Source of the DNA: Bacilli bacterium
Lineage (GTDB): Bacteria > Bacillota_I > Bacilli_A > RFN20 > CAG-826
Direction: 5' to 3'
DNA: 64,000 nt
Assembly: GCA_024408505.1 (NCBI GenBank)
Contig: JAKSUZ010000006.1
Location: 2,073-66,072, forward strand
Under the pieces are notes generated by a model. It searched no databases. It saw only the letters and a list, made by a program, of their open reading frames with translations, and had not been told where the DNA came from. This document shows positions 19,547 to 30,403 of this stretch, piece by piece. How positions within the stretch are numbered: the stretch's first letter is position 1; each line of letters opens with the position of its first letter. A program made the translations under genes and the position numbers.

Positions 19547-20452
19547 ATGAGTATTAAAGATTTCAAAACCGTGTTCACTGGTCGTCCAGTAACTCATTTT
19601 GTAAGCATGAAAGAAATGCTTATCAAGGCGCGTGCAGGTCACTATGCCGTTGGTCAATTCAATATCAACAACATTGAATGGATTGGTGCTATCTTAGACA
19701 GAGTTCAAGAATTAAAAGCGCCAGTTATTCTCGGTGTTAGTGAAGGCGCCATGAAATATATGGGTGGTTGGCATACGGTTGTCGGTGCAGTTGAAGGCTA
19801 TATCCGCGACAAAAAAATTACTGTTCCAGTGGCAGTTCATCTTGACCATGGTTCATCTTATGATGCTTGTAAAGCAGCTATTGATGCTGGTTTTTCAAGC
19901 GTTATGATTGATGCATCTAAGTTCCCATTAGAGAAGAACATTGAAATTGTTAAACAAGTGGTCCAATACGCGCACAGTCGTGGCGTTTCCGTTGAAGCGG
20001 AACTTGGTCACGTTGGCGGACAAGAAGATAATGTTGTTTCTCAAGGTGTTATTTATGCGGATGCGGCAGAGTGCGTTAAATTAGTAAAAGAAACTAACGT
20101 TGATTGCCTAGCACCAGCTTTAGGTAGCGTTCACGGCCCATACCATGGTGAACCAAAACTTGGTTTCCCAGAAATGGAAAAAATTAATAACTTATTAGGT
20201 ATTCCACTTGTCTTACATGGTGGTTCAGGTATTCCTGATGAACAAATCCGTAAAGCAATTGATCGTGGTACAGCAAAAATTAATGTTAATACTGAATGTC
20301 AACAAGAATGGACAAAGATTGTTCGTGAAGTCTTAGCTAAAGATGATAAGGTCTATGACCCACGTAAAGTCATTGGTCCTGGTAAGAAAGGTATCGCTAA
20401 CGTTGTCACAGCTAAGTGTGCAATCTTTGGCTGTAACAATAGAGCTGCCTAA
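19547..20452 (+). CDS. fba: Class II fructose-1,6-bisphosphate aldolase
   Basis: [34 protein letters not shown]; AAGGAGG SD. Confidence 0.96.
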   Translation: MSIKDFKTVFTGRPVTHFVSMKEMLIKARAGHYAVGQFNINNIEWIGAILDRVQELKAPVILGVSEGAMKYMGGWHTVVGAVEGYIRDKKITVPVAVHLDHGSSYDACKAAIDAGFSSVMIDASKFPLEKNIEIVKQVVQYAHSRGVSVEAELGHVGGQEDNVVSQGVIYADAAECVKLVKETNVDCLAPALGSVHGPYHGEPKLGFPEMEKINNLLGIPLVLHGGSGIPDEQIRKAIDRGTAKINVNTECQQEWTKIVREVLAKDDKVYDPRKVIGPGKKGIANVVTAKCAIFGCNNRAA

Positions 20453-21228
20453 TGTGGGAAAAACAATTAGCGGCCGCCATTAAAGCTGGCGAACTTGCTA
20501 AACGCGCTATTCTCGAAATTTATAAAACTCCTTTTAAAGTAGAATTAAAAAAGGATAAATCCCCAGTTACCACTGCGGATAAAAAGGCTGACAAGATAAT
20601 TTCTGAATATTTAAAACAAGCATACCCTAAGTACGCTATTTTAACTGAAGAGAGTAAAGATGATAAAAGTCGTCTTACTAATGATTTTGTTTGGATAGTT
20701 GATCCACTTGATGGTACGACTAACTTTGTTGATAAGAATAATGAATTCACCATCAATATTGCTTTAGTTCATAAACATAAAGTAGTGGTAGGGGTTGTTA
20801 TCATTCCAATTACAAATGAGATTTATTACGCAACCGATCATGGTGGCGCATTTTATTCAATCAATGGAAAAATAAAAGAAATTCATGTCTCACGTAATAC
20901 TGAAAGTATTCGTGTTTTATTATCACGTTTGCACCATGGCAAAAAAGAAGAAGAGGTTCTTAAAAAGTACGGCAGGAAAATTATCGATAAAAAATATGTT
21001 GGTGCGGCTATAAAAGCTTGTCTAATTGCTAAAGGCGATGCGGAATTATCAATTGGCTTAAATGATAAAACTAAAGAATGGGACACGGCTGCTTCGCAAA
21101 TTATATTAAAGGAAGCGAATGGTTTATTTATTGAACCACATGGCAAGTGGCTTACTTATAACCGAGAAGATACAACAAATAAAAATGGCTATGTTATGGC
21201 CAATAAACGCAAAAATATTTTATTTTAG
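20452..21228 (+). CDS. cysQ: 3'(2'),5'-bisphosphate nucleotidase / inositol monophosphatase family
   Basis: SPVTTAD, TEE, WIVDPLDGT, EWDTAA motifs. Confidence 0.85.
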   Translation: MWEKQLAAAIKAGELAKRAILEIYKTPFKVELKKDKSPVTTADKKADKIISEYLKQAYPKYAILTEESKDDKSRLTNDFVWIVDPLDGTTNFVDKNNEFTINIALVHKHKVVVGVVIIPITNEIYYATDHGGAFYSINGKIKEIHVSRNTESIRVLLSRLHHGKKEEEVLKKYGRKIIDKKYVGAAIKACLIAKGDAELSIGLNDKTKEWDTAASQIILKEANGLFIEPHGKWLTYNREDTTNKNGYVMANKRKNILF

Positions 21229-21599
21229 TCTTTAGCGTGTTTAGCAATTGCTTTTAAAGTATCTTCGCTAATTACATGTTCAATTTTACAGCAATCGATT
21301 TCAGCAATCTTTTCGTTAACGCCAATGGAGATTAAGAATTTTTTAATGGTTGTATGGCGATAGTAAATGCTTTTTGCAAATGTTCTACCCTTATTGGTAA
21401 GTGTTACATCAGAATAAGTTGATTTAGTAACATAACCAAGAGTTGCTAAGCGTTTTAAAGCACGCGTTACAGCTGGTTTACTCACGTTTAAATGTTTAGC
21501 GATTGCAATAGAGTGAATGCGTCCGCCTTTCATCTCTAAAACAAAAATTGCTTCTAGATAATCTTCTAATGAACGACTTAGATTTGCCATCTCCTTCAT
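21225..21599 (-). CDS. DtxR/MntR-family metal-dependent transcriptional regulator
   Basis: SLEDYLEAI, HTH IAKHLNVSKPAV, CKIEHVIS; divergent from feoAB. Confidence 0.93.
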   Translation of the reverse strand: MKEMANLSRSLEDYLEAIFVLEMKGGRIHSIAIAKHLNVSKPAVTRALKRLATLGYVTKSTYSDVTLTNKGRTFAKSIYYRHTTIKKFLISIGVNEKIAEIDCCKIEHVISEDTLKAIAKHAKD

Positions 21600-21666
21600 A
21601 ATACATTGTTAATTAAATAATTACAATTTAAGTTGACTAACCACTCTTGATGACTAAAATATAATT

Positions 21667-21682
21667 GTTAACCTAAGTTAAC
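21667..21682. promoter_or_regulatory. Candidate operator for the DtxR/MntR-type regulator
   Basis: GTTAAC-CTAA-GTTAAC dyad between the -10 region and the feoA ATG; minus strand contains TTAGGTTAAC, resembling a DtxR-box half site. Confidence 0.45.
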
Positions 21683-21686
21683 TTTT

Positions 21687-21956
21687 ATGAAGAAAGCAAA
21701 ACATATTCTTTTACATAGCGGTGAAGAAGGGCACCTCAGCGATTTACGACGCGGGCAAAAATGTATTGTCCTTGACTTTCATAATGATAACGCTGCTTTG
21801 CGTCGTCGTTTATTAGATATGGGAATTACTAAAGGCGTCATCATTGAAATTAAAAAGATTGCGCCACTAGGGGATCCAATTGATATTCGTTTACGCGGTT
21901 ATGAATTATGCATTCGTAAGGCTGATATGGAGGGAATCGATATCCGCGTCTTATGA
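21687..21956 (+). CDS. feoA: Ferrous iron transport protein A
   Basis: RRRLLDMGITKG, APLGDPI, RGYELCIRK. Confidence 0.95.
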   Translation: MKKAKHILLHSGEEGHLSDLRRGQKCIVLDFHNDNAALRRRLLDMGITKGVIIEIKKIAPLGDPIDIRLRGYELCIRKADMEGIDIRVL

Positions 21957-23995
21957 AATTAGCATTGTTTGGAAATCAAAATTCAGGCAAAACTTCTCTT
22001 TTTAATGCGCTTACTGGTTCTAATCAAAAAGTTGGTAACTGGCCAGGTGTTACGATTGATCGTGTTGAAGGATATATCAAGAAAAATAATTCAACTATTG
22101 TTGATCTACCTGGTGTTTACTCTTTATCTCCTTATACAAGCGAAGAAGAAATTTCTCGTCGTTTTGTTTTAGATGAAAAGATTGATTTAATTATTAATAT
22201 TGTTGATGCCACGCAACTTGAAAGAAGTTTATATTTAACCACTCAACTACTTGAGTTAGATGTTGATGTAGTTATAGCGCTAAATATGTATGATTTGCTT
22301 CAACATAAAGGCATTAAGATTAATGTTAAAAAACTTGAAGATGAACTAGGAGTCACGATTATTCCCATCTCAGCAAAAACTGGTGCGGGTATCAATCGCC
22401 TTAAAGAAACAATCTTTAAAAGACGATATAAAAGAAATAAACATAAACCAATTTATCCAGATGATGTTGAAGAGTTTATTCAACGAGTCGCTAAAGAATT
22501 TAAATATGTGAGGCCGACTAAAAATGGTAAACCACATAAACGTTTCGGGGCCGTGAAGATTTTAGAAGAAGATCGTGACTATCGTATTTTAATGGATGAG
22601 AAATTAAAAGCTGCACATCTTGCGCTTGAGCAATCTTATGGAATGGATGGTGAACAATTAGTAGCATCACTTCGCTATGACTATATCGTGCGCATTAGAA
22701 GAAAATGTGTCCATTATCAAAAGCGAAAAGAGACTAGAACCGATAAAGTGGATCGTATTTTCTTAAATAAATTTTTAGCTATTCCTATTTTCATTTTAAT
22801 TATGGCAATAGTTTACTTTGTATCAATTTCCCTTGTTGGTGGATTAACAGCTAGTCTTATTGATGCAGCTTTTAATGGCACTGAACATTTAACTATTTAT
22901 ATTGGTACTCATCCGATTGTTTTTGACCAAGGAGCGATTGGTCTAGGACCATTATTAGCTAATTGGTTAGGCGGACTTGGTGCTTCCTCTTGGGCGATTG
23001 GATTACTTACCGATGGTGTCATTGCTGGTACTGGTGCGGTAATTTCCTTTGTCCCACAATTAATTATGTTATTTATTTGTTTAAGTGTTCTTGAAACAAC
23101 TGGTTATATGTCGCGTATTGCATTTTTCCTTGATCGTGTGTTTCATAAAATCGGTTTATCTGGTAAATCATTGATTCCGTTTATTGTTGGCGCTGGTTGT
23201 AGCGTTCCTGGAGTGATGAGTACAAGAATTATTGAAGACGAAAACGAAAAGAAAGCGACACTAGCTTTGGTGCCTTTTATTCCTTGTAGTGCGAAGTTAC
23301 CAATTATTTCATTAGTATGTGCCACCTTCTTTCCAGCTTGGGGATTTGCTCTAGCTTTAGTTTTCTATTTAATGGCAATTGTTATTATTTTTGTTCTAGC
23401 ATTAATTATTAAAAAGTTTACTAAGAAAAAAGAACATTCGACTTTTATTAGTGAATTACCGAGTTATAAAATCCCAAGTCTTAAATACGTTGGTCGCGAT
23501 GTCGGTGATAAAACTTGGTCCTTCGTCAAACGCGCAGGAACAGTAGTAGTATTTTTCTCTGTAATTGTTTGTGTCCTTGCATCATTTACTTGGAATTTCC
23601 AATATGTAGATGGCACAAGAATCAATATTGACGAGTCCATGCTTGCTGGTATTGGTAACGGATTTGCATGGTTCTTTTATCCAATGCTTGGCTGTCAATG
23701 GAATTGGGCGGCTAGTGTTTCAGCGATTCAAGGATTAATTGCAAAAGAACAAGTGGTATCATCAATTCGCGTAATTGAAGCAGCGGGAGGTTTAGGTTTA
23801 TTTGATAGTTTCACTCCTCTAACCGCATTTGCTTATGCGGCCTTTAATTTATTTTCAATTCCTTGCATCGCAACAATTTCTACTATGCGTGCCGAATTGA
23901 AATCGGTTAGGAAAGTTATTTTAATTATGTTGATGGAGTTATTAGTAGCGTGGCTGATTGCATCGCTGATTGGCGTTTGGGGAGTGTTGTTATGA
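21953..23995 (+). CDS. feoB: Ferrous iron transport protein B
   Basis: GNQNSGKT, VGNWPGVT, DLPG, PCSAKLP, multiple TMs. Confidence 0.96.
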   Translation: MKLALFGNQNSGKTSLFNALTGSNQKVGNWPGVTIDRVEGYIKKNNSTIVDLPGVYSLSPYTSEEEISRRFVLDEKIDLIINIVDATQLERSLYLTTQLLELDVDVVIALNMYDLLQHKGIKINVKKLEDELGVTIIPISAKTGAGINRLKETIFKRRYKRNKHKPIYPDDVEEFIQRVAKEFKYVRPTKNGKPHKRFGAVKILEEDRDYRILMDEKLKAAHLALEQSYGMDGEQLVASLRYDYIVRIRRKCVHYQKRKETRTDKVDRIFLNKFLAIPIFILIMAIVYFVSISLVGGLTASLIDAAFNGTEHLTIYIGTHPIVFDQGAIGLGPLLANWLGGLGASSWAIGLLTDGVIAGTGAVISFVPQLIMLFICLSVLETTGYMSRIAFFLDRVFHKIGLSGKSLIPFIVGAGCSVPGVMSTRIIEDENEKKATLALVPFIPCSAKLPIISLVCATFFPAWGFALALVFYLMAIVIIFVLALIIKKFTKKKEHSTFISELPSYKIPSLKYVGRDVGDKTWSFVKRAGTVVVFFSVIVCVLASFTWNFQYVDGTRINIDESMLAGIGNGFAWFFYPMLGCQWNWAASVSAIQGLIAKEQVVSSIRVIEAAGGLGLFDSFTPLTAFAYAAFNLFSIPCIATISTMRAELKSVRKVILIMLMELLVAWLIASLIGVWGVLL

Positions 23996-24171
23996 GTACA
24001 GCGGATATTGTCATTGTTGTTATAGTTTCTCTCTTTATGTTATCGATTGTTTTCTTTGCATTTATTTATCCGCGTTTAATCAAGCATCGCAATGGTTGCG
24101 ACTCTTGCCCTGCTGGTAAATATCAAAAGATTAAAAGAGCTTTTAAAGACTATCGCAAGAAAAATAGATAA
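23992..24171 (+). CDS. FeoB-associated Cys-rich membrane protein
   Basis: ATGA overlap with feoB stop; one TM then GCDSCP. Confidence 0.8.
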   Translation: MSTADIVIVVIVSLFMLSIVFFAFIYPRLIKHRNGCDSCPAGKYQKIKRAFKDYRKKNR

Positions 24172-24183
24172 AATATATAAGGT

Positions 24184-24525
24184 ATGAAAAAGTTGTTGTT
24201 ACCATTCGCCCTTTTATTCACTATCCCTTTTAATTCTTCTTGTATTAAGGAAATAACTTTTAAAGTTTCTGTGACCGGAAAATATTGTAGTTGGGAAGAG
24301 CCGGTAAAAGATGCAGTGTATGGAAAAGATTACAGTATAAAGATTATTCCGGATTTAGGTTTTTATTTACTAGACGGTGACTTTGTTGTTAAAAATAAAA
24401 TACACGATTTATCTTTATATCATCTTTATGAACCAACCACTCAAACTCTTACTATTCCCGGCGAACATGTTAATAGTGAAATCACAATTTACGCTGAAGC
24501 TACAGAAGAACCACCAGGTTTATAA
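24184..24525 (+). CDS. Small putative lipoprotein with beta-rich domain
   Basis: MKK-hydrophobic-NSSC signal; TLTIPGEHVNSEITIYAEA beta-sandwich-like end. Confidence 0.65.
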   Translation: MKKLLLPFALLFTIPFNSSCIKEITFKVSVTGKYCSWEEPVKDAVYGKDYSIKIIPDLGFYLLDGDFVVKNKIHDLSLYHLYEPTTQTLTIPGEHVNSEITIYAEATEEPPGL

Positions 24526-24527
24526 CT

Positions 24528-25451
24528 ATGAATAAAAATAAAAGAAGATTTGAACATCATCATCGTTCTTCCCCAGTTCTTTTTAATTTCAAAATTGCTA
24601 ATGAAGATCGATTATTAAATTTTTTATATACACATATTCAAGTAATTCCTCGAGGCAAAATAAAATCAATGCTTGAACATCATCAAGTATTAGTAAATGG
24701 TGTAGCAATTACTCGTTTTGATTATTTATTGAGTAAAGAAGATGTTGTAAAAATTGTTAAGACTTCTTTCAAAGATACAAGAAGTAATAAACTACCTTTT
24801 AGTATTCTTTATGAAGATAAAGATTTTATTGTTGTTGATAAGCCGAGTGGTTTATTAACTGTTGCAACCGAAAAAGAAAATCGTCGTACGGCTTATCGTT
24901 TCGTTAGTGATTATGTTTCGTTACGCGATAAACATGAGAGAATATATGTTGTTCATCGCCTTGATGAAGATACATCAGGCGTTCTAGTGTTTGCAAAAGA
25001 TGCGCGCTTAAAAGATGCGCTTCAACTATCTTGGCAAAAGCTTGTGAGTAAGCGTGGCTACTATGCAATTGTGGAAGGCAAGATGCGCGATCATGAAGGA
25101 ACACTCGTGAATTATTTAAAGAAAAGTAAGATTAATCTTGTGTATGTGACCGATGATAAGGTTAATGGGAAACGCGCGGTTACTCACTACAAAGCAATCA
25201 ACGAAAATAATGATTACAGTTTGCTAAATATCACGATTGATACCGGAAGACAAAATCAAATTCGTGTTCAATTAGGGCATATTAATCACTACGTGATTGG
25301 TGATGATAAATACGGAGAGCCGTCTAATCCAATTCATCGTTTAGGGCTCCACGCTTATCTATTAGAATTTAAGCATCCTTATAGCAATAAGGTGATGCGT
25401 TTTAACTCTCCAATTCCTAAAGAATTCCAAACTTTATTTCCAAAGAAATAG
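24528..25451 (+). CDS. RluA/RluD-family pseudouridine synthase
   Basis: S4-like N-terminus, DKPSGL, VHRLDEDTSG, TGRQNQIR, GDDKYG, LHA. Confidence 0.95.
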   Translation: MNKNKRRFEHHHRSSPVLFNFKIANEDRLLNFLYTHIQVIPRGKIKSMLEHHQVLVNGVAITRFDYLLSKEDVVKIVKTSFKDTRSNKLPFSILYEDKDFIVVDKPSGLLTVATEKENRRTAYRFVSDYVSLRDKHERIYVVHRLDEDTSGVLVFAKDARLKDALQLSWQKLVSKRGYYAIVEGKMRDHEGTLVNYLKKSKINLVYVTDDKVNGKRAVTHYKAINENNDYSLLNITIDTGRQNQIRVQLGHINHYVIGDDKYGEPSNPIHRLGLHAYLLEFKHPYSNKVMRFNSPIPKEFQTLFPKK

Positions 25452-25499
25452 AAAAAATTTAATGCAAGAGTAGTGATAATACTCTAAAATAAATCATAC

Positions 25500-27008
25500 A
25501 TGAAAAAGTGGGCTAAGATTCTTCTTGATGCTTTATTATCAACTGCGCCTGTTATTGTTATTGTGCTCATTTTAAATCTATGTAAAGTCGCTCCTTTTGA
25601 TAACAACATGAATCTAATGTTTTTGTTTGGTTCATTACTTCTTTTCTTTGGTGTTGCCCTTTTCTCGGTCGGTACCGAAAACGCGATGAGTAAGATCGGT
25701 GAAATCGTAGGCGCGAATATGACCAAACAAAAGAATTTTATAGGCTTAATTCTAATTGTCTTCCTTCTAGGAATATTTGTTACAATAGCTGAACCAGACT
25801 TATCAGTTCTTGCTTCACGATTACCGATTGAAAATTATTTGTTTATTGCCTTAGTTGGTGTCGGAGTTGGTTTGTTTCTTGTTATCGGTGTTATTCGAAT
25901 TTTATGGCAAAAGAGTTTAAAGGTTTGGCTTTTGGCTTTTTATGCTCTAATCTTTGCTTTAGCAATTTTAGTAGATGAATCGTTCGTACCACTAACCTTC
26001 GATAGCGGTGGCGTTACCACTGGTCCAGTTACCGTTCCGTTTATCCTTGCGTTGGGCGTTGGTATCGCAACTACTCGTGCAGGTAAATCGAGTAATGCTG
26101 ACTCATTCGGTCTAACTGCTTTCTGTTCAATCGGCCCATTACTTGTTGTTTTAATCTTTGGATTATTTATGCGCAATTTAGATATGGAAGTTAAGACAAC
26201 GGAAGTATTACCGTTTGGTGAAGCGTTGTTTATTGCATTCAAAGATCAGTGCATCAATGTTTCTATTGCGATGGCGCCAATCATCTTATTCTTCTTTATC
26301 TATAACGCGGTCTTTATTCGCTTACCTAAAAAGCAAATTCTTAAAATTATTGTTGGCCTAGTTTATACCTATATTGGTCTAGTGTTATTCTTAACCGGTG
26401 TCGAAGGTGCATTCACTCCAATTGCTGACTATGTCGGTACATCATTAGCTAATGGAGTACTTTGGATGCTTCTTTTAATATCAGCAGTAATTGGCATTGT
26501 TGTTGTGCTTTGCGAGCCCGCAGTTCAAGTTTTAGTTAAACAAGTTGAACAAGTTAGCGATGGTATGATCAAGAAATCTAACATGCTAATTGCTTTAGCA
26601 GGTGGTATTGGTTTAGCTGTTATGTTGTCGGTTATTCGTATTATTTACGATTTCTCAATTTTCTATTATGTGGTGCCAGGTTATATTTTAGCGTTAGGTT
26701 TAACCTTCGCGGTCCCTGATATTTATGTCGGTATTGCGTTTGACTCAGGCGGAGTCGCAAGCGGTCCTATGACAAGCGCGTTTATTCTCCCATTTACGTT
26801 AGGCATCGCTAAAGCATTACATCCAGGCGATGGGCAATTCCTTCTTACACGTGCTTTTGGCACAGTCGCGATGGTTGCGATGATGCCTTTAATCGTTATC
26901 CAATTGCTCGGTCTTAATGCAACCCTTGAAAAACAATATAACCTTCGTCTTGCGCGTAAACTTGTGGCGGAGAAAGATGATAATCAAATCATCCACTTTG
27001 GAGCATAA
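25500..27008 (+). CDS. DUF1538 membrane protein with two fused domains
   Basis: Two copies of (A/C)EP..FDSGGV(T/A)(T/S)GP; highly hydrophobic. Confidence 0.88.
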   Translation: MKKWAKILLDALLSTAPVIVIVLILNLCKVAPFDNNMNLMFLFGSLLLFFGVALFSVGTENAMSKIGEIVGANMTKQKNFIGLILIVFLLGIFVTIAEPDLSVLASRLPIENYLFIALVGVGVGLFLVIGVIRILWQKSLKVWLLAFYALIFALAILVDESFVPLTFDSGGVTTGPVTVPFILALGVGIATTRAGKSSNADSFGLTAFCSIGPLLVVLIFGLFMRNLDMEVKTTEVLPFGEALFIAFKDQCINVSIAMAPIILFFFIYNAVFIRLPKKQILKIIVGLVYTYIGLVLFLTGVEGAFTPIADYVGTSLANGVLWMLLLISAVIGIVVVLCEPAVQVLVKQVEQVSDGMIKKSNMLIALAGGIGLAVMLSVIRIIYDFSIFYYVVPGYILALGLTFAVPDIYVGIAFDSGGVASGPMTSAFILPFTLGIAKALHPGDGQFLLTRAFGTVAMVAMMPLIVIQLLGLNATLEKQYNLRLARKLVAEKDDNQIIHFGA

Positions 27009-27010
27009 TT

Positions 27011-27460
27011 ATGGCAAAGTTTAAATTAAGAAATTTCCTTAGTCTAAGAAAAATCATGCCACAACAAACCAATAAAAAGTTTGATCCGAAACGTGCTGAT
27101 CATTTAAAAATGGGTATTATTTTGGTTAAAAAAGGTCATGGTGTAGCAATCAACGAATTATTGTTCGCGCATGGTGTTGCAATGAGTGTACTAGTCTATG
27201 CGGAAGGCGCCAGAGAAAAATATGTCGCTGATATCTTAGGCGGTGAAGAGCATAAGATTGAAGCTATTTTAACGGTGATGAATGAAAAGAAAGTAAAGGA
27301 AATTAAAGAAGCACTACATACACGCTTTATAATCAGCAAAGATAGCGTAGGTGTAATGTTTGTGTTTGATATTAAATCGATGGCGGGAATTCTCGCATAT
27401 AAATATTTAGCAGATTTTGGAGGAGCATCAAATTATGGCAAACAAAAAGAAGGTAAGTAA
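27011..27460 (+). CDS. Divergent P-II-like protein
   Basis: Hydrophobic/Gly pattern parallel to the downstream P-II protein; usual position after DUF1538. Confidence 0.6.
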   Translation: MAKFKLRNFLSLRKIMPQQTNKKFDPKRADHLKMGIILVKKGHGVAINELLFAHGVAMSVLVYAEGAREKYVADILGGEEHKIEAILTVMNEKKVKEIKEALHTRFIISKDSVGVMFVFDIKSMAGILAYKYLADFGGASNYGKQKEGK

Positions 27461-27782
27461 AACTAAACAACCAAAGAAGGCTTTAGCGGATGCAGTATTT
27501 TGTATCGTAAACCGTGGCTTTACTGATTTGGTAATGGTAGCAGCACGCAAGGTCGGTGTTACCGGTGGTACTGTGTTGCACGCTCGTGGAACTGGTAGTG
27601 AACAATTTAAAAAGTATTATGGCATTTCAGTTACACCAGAAAAAGAAATTGTTATGATGATTGTTAAAAGTGATATTACTGATAAGGTTTTATTAGCGGT
27701 TAATGAAGCAGCTGGTTTAGATAGCCCAGGCCAAGGTATTGCTTTCGCATTACCAGTTACTGACTATGTAGGCACACGTTAA
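27435..27782 (+). CDS. P-II family regulator-like protein
   Basis: IVNRG, AAR..GVTGGTVLHARGTG, PEKE, GQGIAFALPV; GGAGG SD before ATG 27435. Confidence 0.88.
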   Translation: MANKKKVSKTKQPKKALADAVFCIVNRGFTDLVMVAARKVGVTGGTVLHARGTGSEQFKKYYGISVTPEKEIVMMIVKSDITDKVLLAVNEAAGLDSPGQGIAFALPVTDYVGTR

Positions 27783-28630
27783 TTGCCGTGATAGATTGAA
27801 TAAACTTTATTCTTAGGCAAGTTGAGTAAATCGCTTGCCTTTTTTATTGCGTCTTTGGTGGACATGCCCATATTAGTAAAGTTACGAATTAAATTTACGA
27901 TTTCTTTTTCTTCTGGCATAGCTGTTATTTCTTCGTCGTTGCCTTCCACCACGATTACCATTTCACCTTTTAAAGTTTCTTTATCAAGTGTTAGGAATTC
28001 TTCTAGGTTGCCACGAATAAATTCTTCATGAATTTTACTAATCTCGCGCGCGATACATGCTTTACGGCTACCGAAGATTTCGTGCATACACTTTAAAGTT
28101 TTATCAATTCTGTGAGGTGATTCGTAAAAGATAAGGGTCTCTTGTCGCTTATAGAGTTTTCTTAATTCCTCTTTTTTGACGCTGTCCTTTGCGTTTAAGA
28201 AGCCGTGGAAGTAGAAATGGTCAGTTGGTAGACCGCTCGCAATTAAAGCGTTTAACGCTGCATTTGGCCCGCTAATCGGCGAGACATTAATCTCATTAAT
28301 TAAACATTCTCTTACGAGAATATATCCAGGATCAGAGATACAAGGCATACCCGCATCTGACATATACGCAACTTTATAGCCTTCTTTTAATAAACGAATT
28401 GCTTCTTTGGTTGCCATTGCTTCATTATGTTCATGGCAAGAAATAAAACGTTTCTTCACTCCGCAAAGATTAACTAACTTAGAAGAAACACGAGTGTCTT
28501 CGCAAAAAATATAATCAACTTCTTTTAAGACATCGAGTGTTCGTGTAGAAAGCTCTTTTAGATTACCGATTGGGGTTGCGACTAAATATAGAATAGGTTT
28601 TTTACTTGAGAAATTAGAATTACGAATCAT
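27779..28630 (-). CDS. rsmI: 16S rRNA (cytidine1402-2'-O)-methyltransferase
   Basis: LYLVATPIGNL, CEDTR, SDAGMPCISDPG, YESPHR, REISKIHEE. Confidence 0.96.
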   Translation of the reverse strand: MIRNSNFSSKKPILYLVATPIGNLKELSTRTLDVLKEVDYIFCEDTRVSSKLVNLCGVKKRFISCHEHNEAMATKEAIRLLKEGYKVAYMSDAGMPCISDPGYILVRECLINEINVSPISGPNAALNALIASGLPTDHFYFHGFLNAKDSVKKEELRKLYKRQETLIFYESPHRIDKTLKCMHEIFGSRKACIAREISKIHEEFIRGNLEEFLTLDKETLKGEMVIVVEGNDEEITAMPEEKEIVNLIRNFTNMGMSTKDAIKKASDLLNLPKNKVYSIYHGN

Positions 28631-29427
28631 TATTTTTTAATGTCGCTTAATTTGATAAAGGCGATACCCTCCGGTCCTTCGCATTTAATTGTTTTACTCA
28701 CAATATTAAACCCTAATACTTTATAGGTTACTTTATCTTTTTTAATTGTTGATCCAATGGGTGGATAATCTTTTGCTTCTCGACTATAAGTCTCGTCTTC
28801 AAATAATAAGCAGCACATTAATTTTCCACACGAGCCAGAAAGCTTTGCGTTATTAAGCGGGAGCTGTTGATTCTTTGCGCGATTAATTGAAATGCCATCA
28901 AAATTCTTTAAGAAAGATAAACAGCATAATTCACGACCACAAGGTCCGACACCACCGGTTGCTCTTGCTTTATCGCGTGCACCGATTTGGTGGAATTCGA
29001 TTCTAGTATGTAATCTTCCGGTTAATATTTTTAGTAATTCACGGAAATCAACACGACCATCAGCAGTATAGATTAGAGTTAATTTACTAGCATCAAGAAC
29101 ATACTCTGCATCCAAAAAACTCATACCAAGCTTTAAGGCATCAGATTCTTCTTGTGCAATTCTTAATGCATCTTTTCCACGCTTAAGATTGTCGTTATAA
29201 ATATGAACTTCAGTCTTAGTAGGGCGACCGATAATTGTTGAAACATCAACCTTACTTGTGATTGATTCAATATTAGAAGGTTCACTTACAACCACTCCCA
29301 TTTCTTCGCCGCGCTCAGTATTAATTAAAACTTGATCACCGACTTTTAAGTCATCAATATCAGTAGCAAAAAGAGTTGGTTTACTTAACCGTGAATATTT
29401 AACTTGAACGAGATACTTTTTAACCAT
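28630..29427 (-). CDS. ricT: RicT/YaaT (PSP1 domain) Fe-S protein
   Basis: RVDFRELL, QIGARD, GPCGRELCC, SGSCGKLMCCL. Confidence 0.93.
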   Translation of the reverse strand: MVKKYLVQVKYSRLSKPTLFATDIDDLKVGDQVLINTERGEEMGVVVSEPSNIESITSKVDVSTIIGRPTKTEVHIYNDNLKRGKDALRIAQEESDALKLGMSFLDAEYVLDASKLTLIYTADGRVDFRELLKILTGRLHTRIEFHQIGARDKARATGGVGPCGRELCCLSFLKNFDGISINRAKNQQLPLNNAKLSGSCGKLMCCLLFEDETYSREAKDYPPIGSTIKKDKVTYKVLGFNIVSKTIKCEGPEGIAFIKLSDIKK

Positions 29428-29428
29428 A

Positions 29429-30403
29429 TTACTCCTTGGTTAGATAAATTGATAAATGTTCGAATATGCTTGGAATACTAACATTTGAATCAATTTTACG
29501 TCTTAACGTAATTATTTCTAATAAACTTGATTCAACGTGCGGCATTGCCTTCGCTAATTCATTAATTATCTTATCATAACTTGTTAAGAATATCTTTTCG
29601 CCGTTTTTCTTTCTAATAACATCTTCTAGAACACTAGTAAGCATATCAAGGAAGACACGAGCTTGTTGTTTAGTAGTAATATTTTCGATTACTTGGCTTT
29701 CAGCAATGTAAAGTAAATCCTTTTTATTGTTAATGTTATTAACATAAGAATTAAGACATTCTTTAGTGGATGCATATTCTTCATCACTAATAACATCTTT
29801 AATCTTATTTGCATCATTATAGAAATAAGAAAGTAGTTCAACATCATCTACAGGTAAATTTAATTGCGCGCATTCTTTAATTACATCTTCTCTTGGAGTT
29901 AGACGGAGCACAAGTTTTTGACTTCTTGAGACAATGGTTGGTAAGACTCGTGATTCGTTTTGTGTGGTTAAAATCGCGTAAGTATCTTTGCCAGGTTCTT
30001 CAAGAAATTTTAATAAAGCATTAATCGAAGTCGGCAACAAAGTTTCAATTAAATGAATGATATAAATTACTTTGCCTTTGCTTTCAACAGCAGTTTTTGA
30101 GAAAGTAGAAATAATTCGATCGATATCTTCTCTTTTGATTTGACCTTCTTCGGCATCTTCAACGATTAGGTCAGCATATTGATTATTTTCAACACGCATA
30201 CAGGTAATGCAATTCTCACACGCTAGGGGGTCAGGTTTATCACATAAAAGAGATTTAGCTAAATAAAGAGCGGTTTCTTTTAATGGTGTTCCAGTTTCAC
30301 CAACAATTAAATAAGCATGAGATAATTCATTATTTTTGAGTGCATTTAAAAACGTTTGATAAAGTAATGGCTGTTTAGTTTTTAAATATTCTTTGATTTG
30401 CAT
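29429..30403 (-). CDS. holB: DNA polymerase III delta' subunit
   Basis: SHAYL, zinc-binding Cys cluster, NALLKFLEEP, LPTIVSRSQ; follows tmk. Confidence 0.9.
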   Translation of the reverse strand: MQIKEYLKTKQPLLYQTFLNALKNNELSHAYLIVGETGTPLKETALYLAKSLLCDKPDPLACENCITCMRVENNQYADLIVEDAEEGQIKREDIDRIISTFSKTAVESKGKVIYIIHLIETLLPTSINALLKFLEEPGKDTYAILTTQNESRVLPTIVSRSQKLVLRLTPREDVIKECAQLNLPVDDVELLSYFYNDANKIKDVISDEEYASTKECLNSYVNNINNKKDLLYIAESQVIENITTKQQARVFLDMLTSVLEDVIRKKNGEKIFLTSYDKIINELAKAMPHVESSLLEIITLRRKIDSNVSIPSIFEHLSIYLTKE

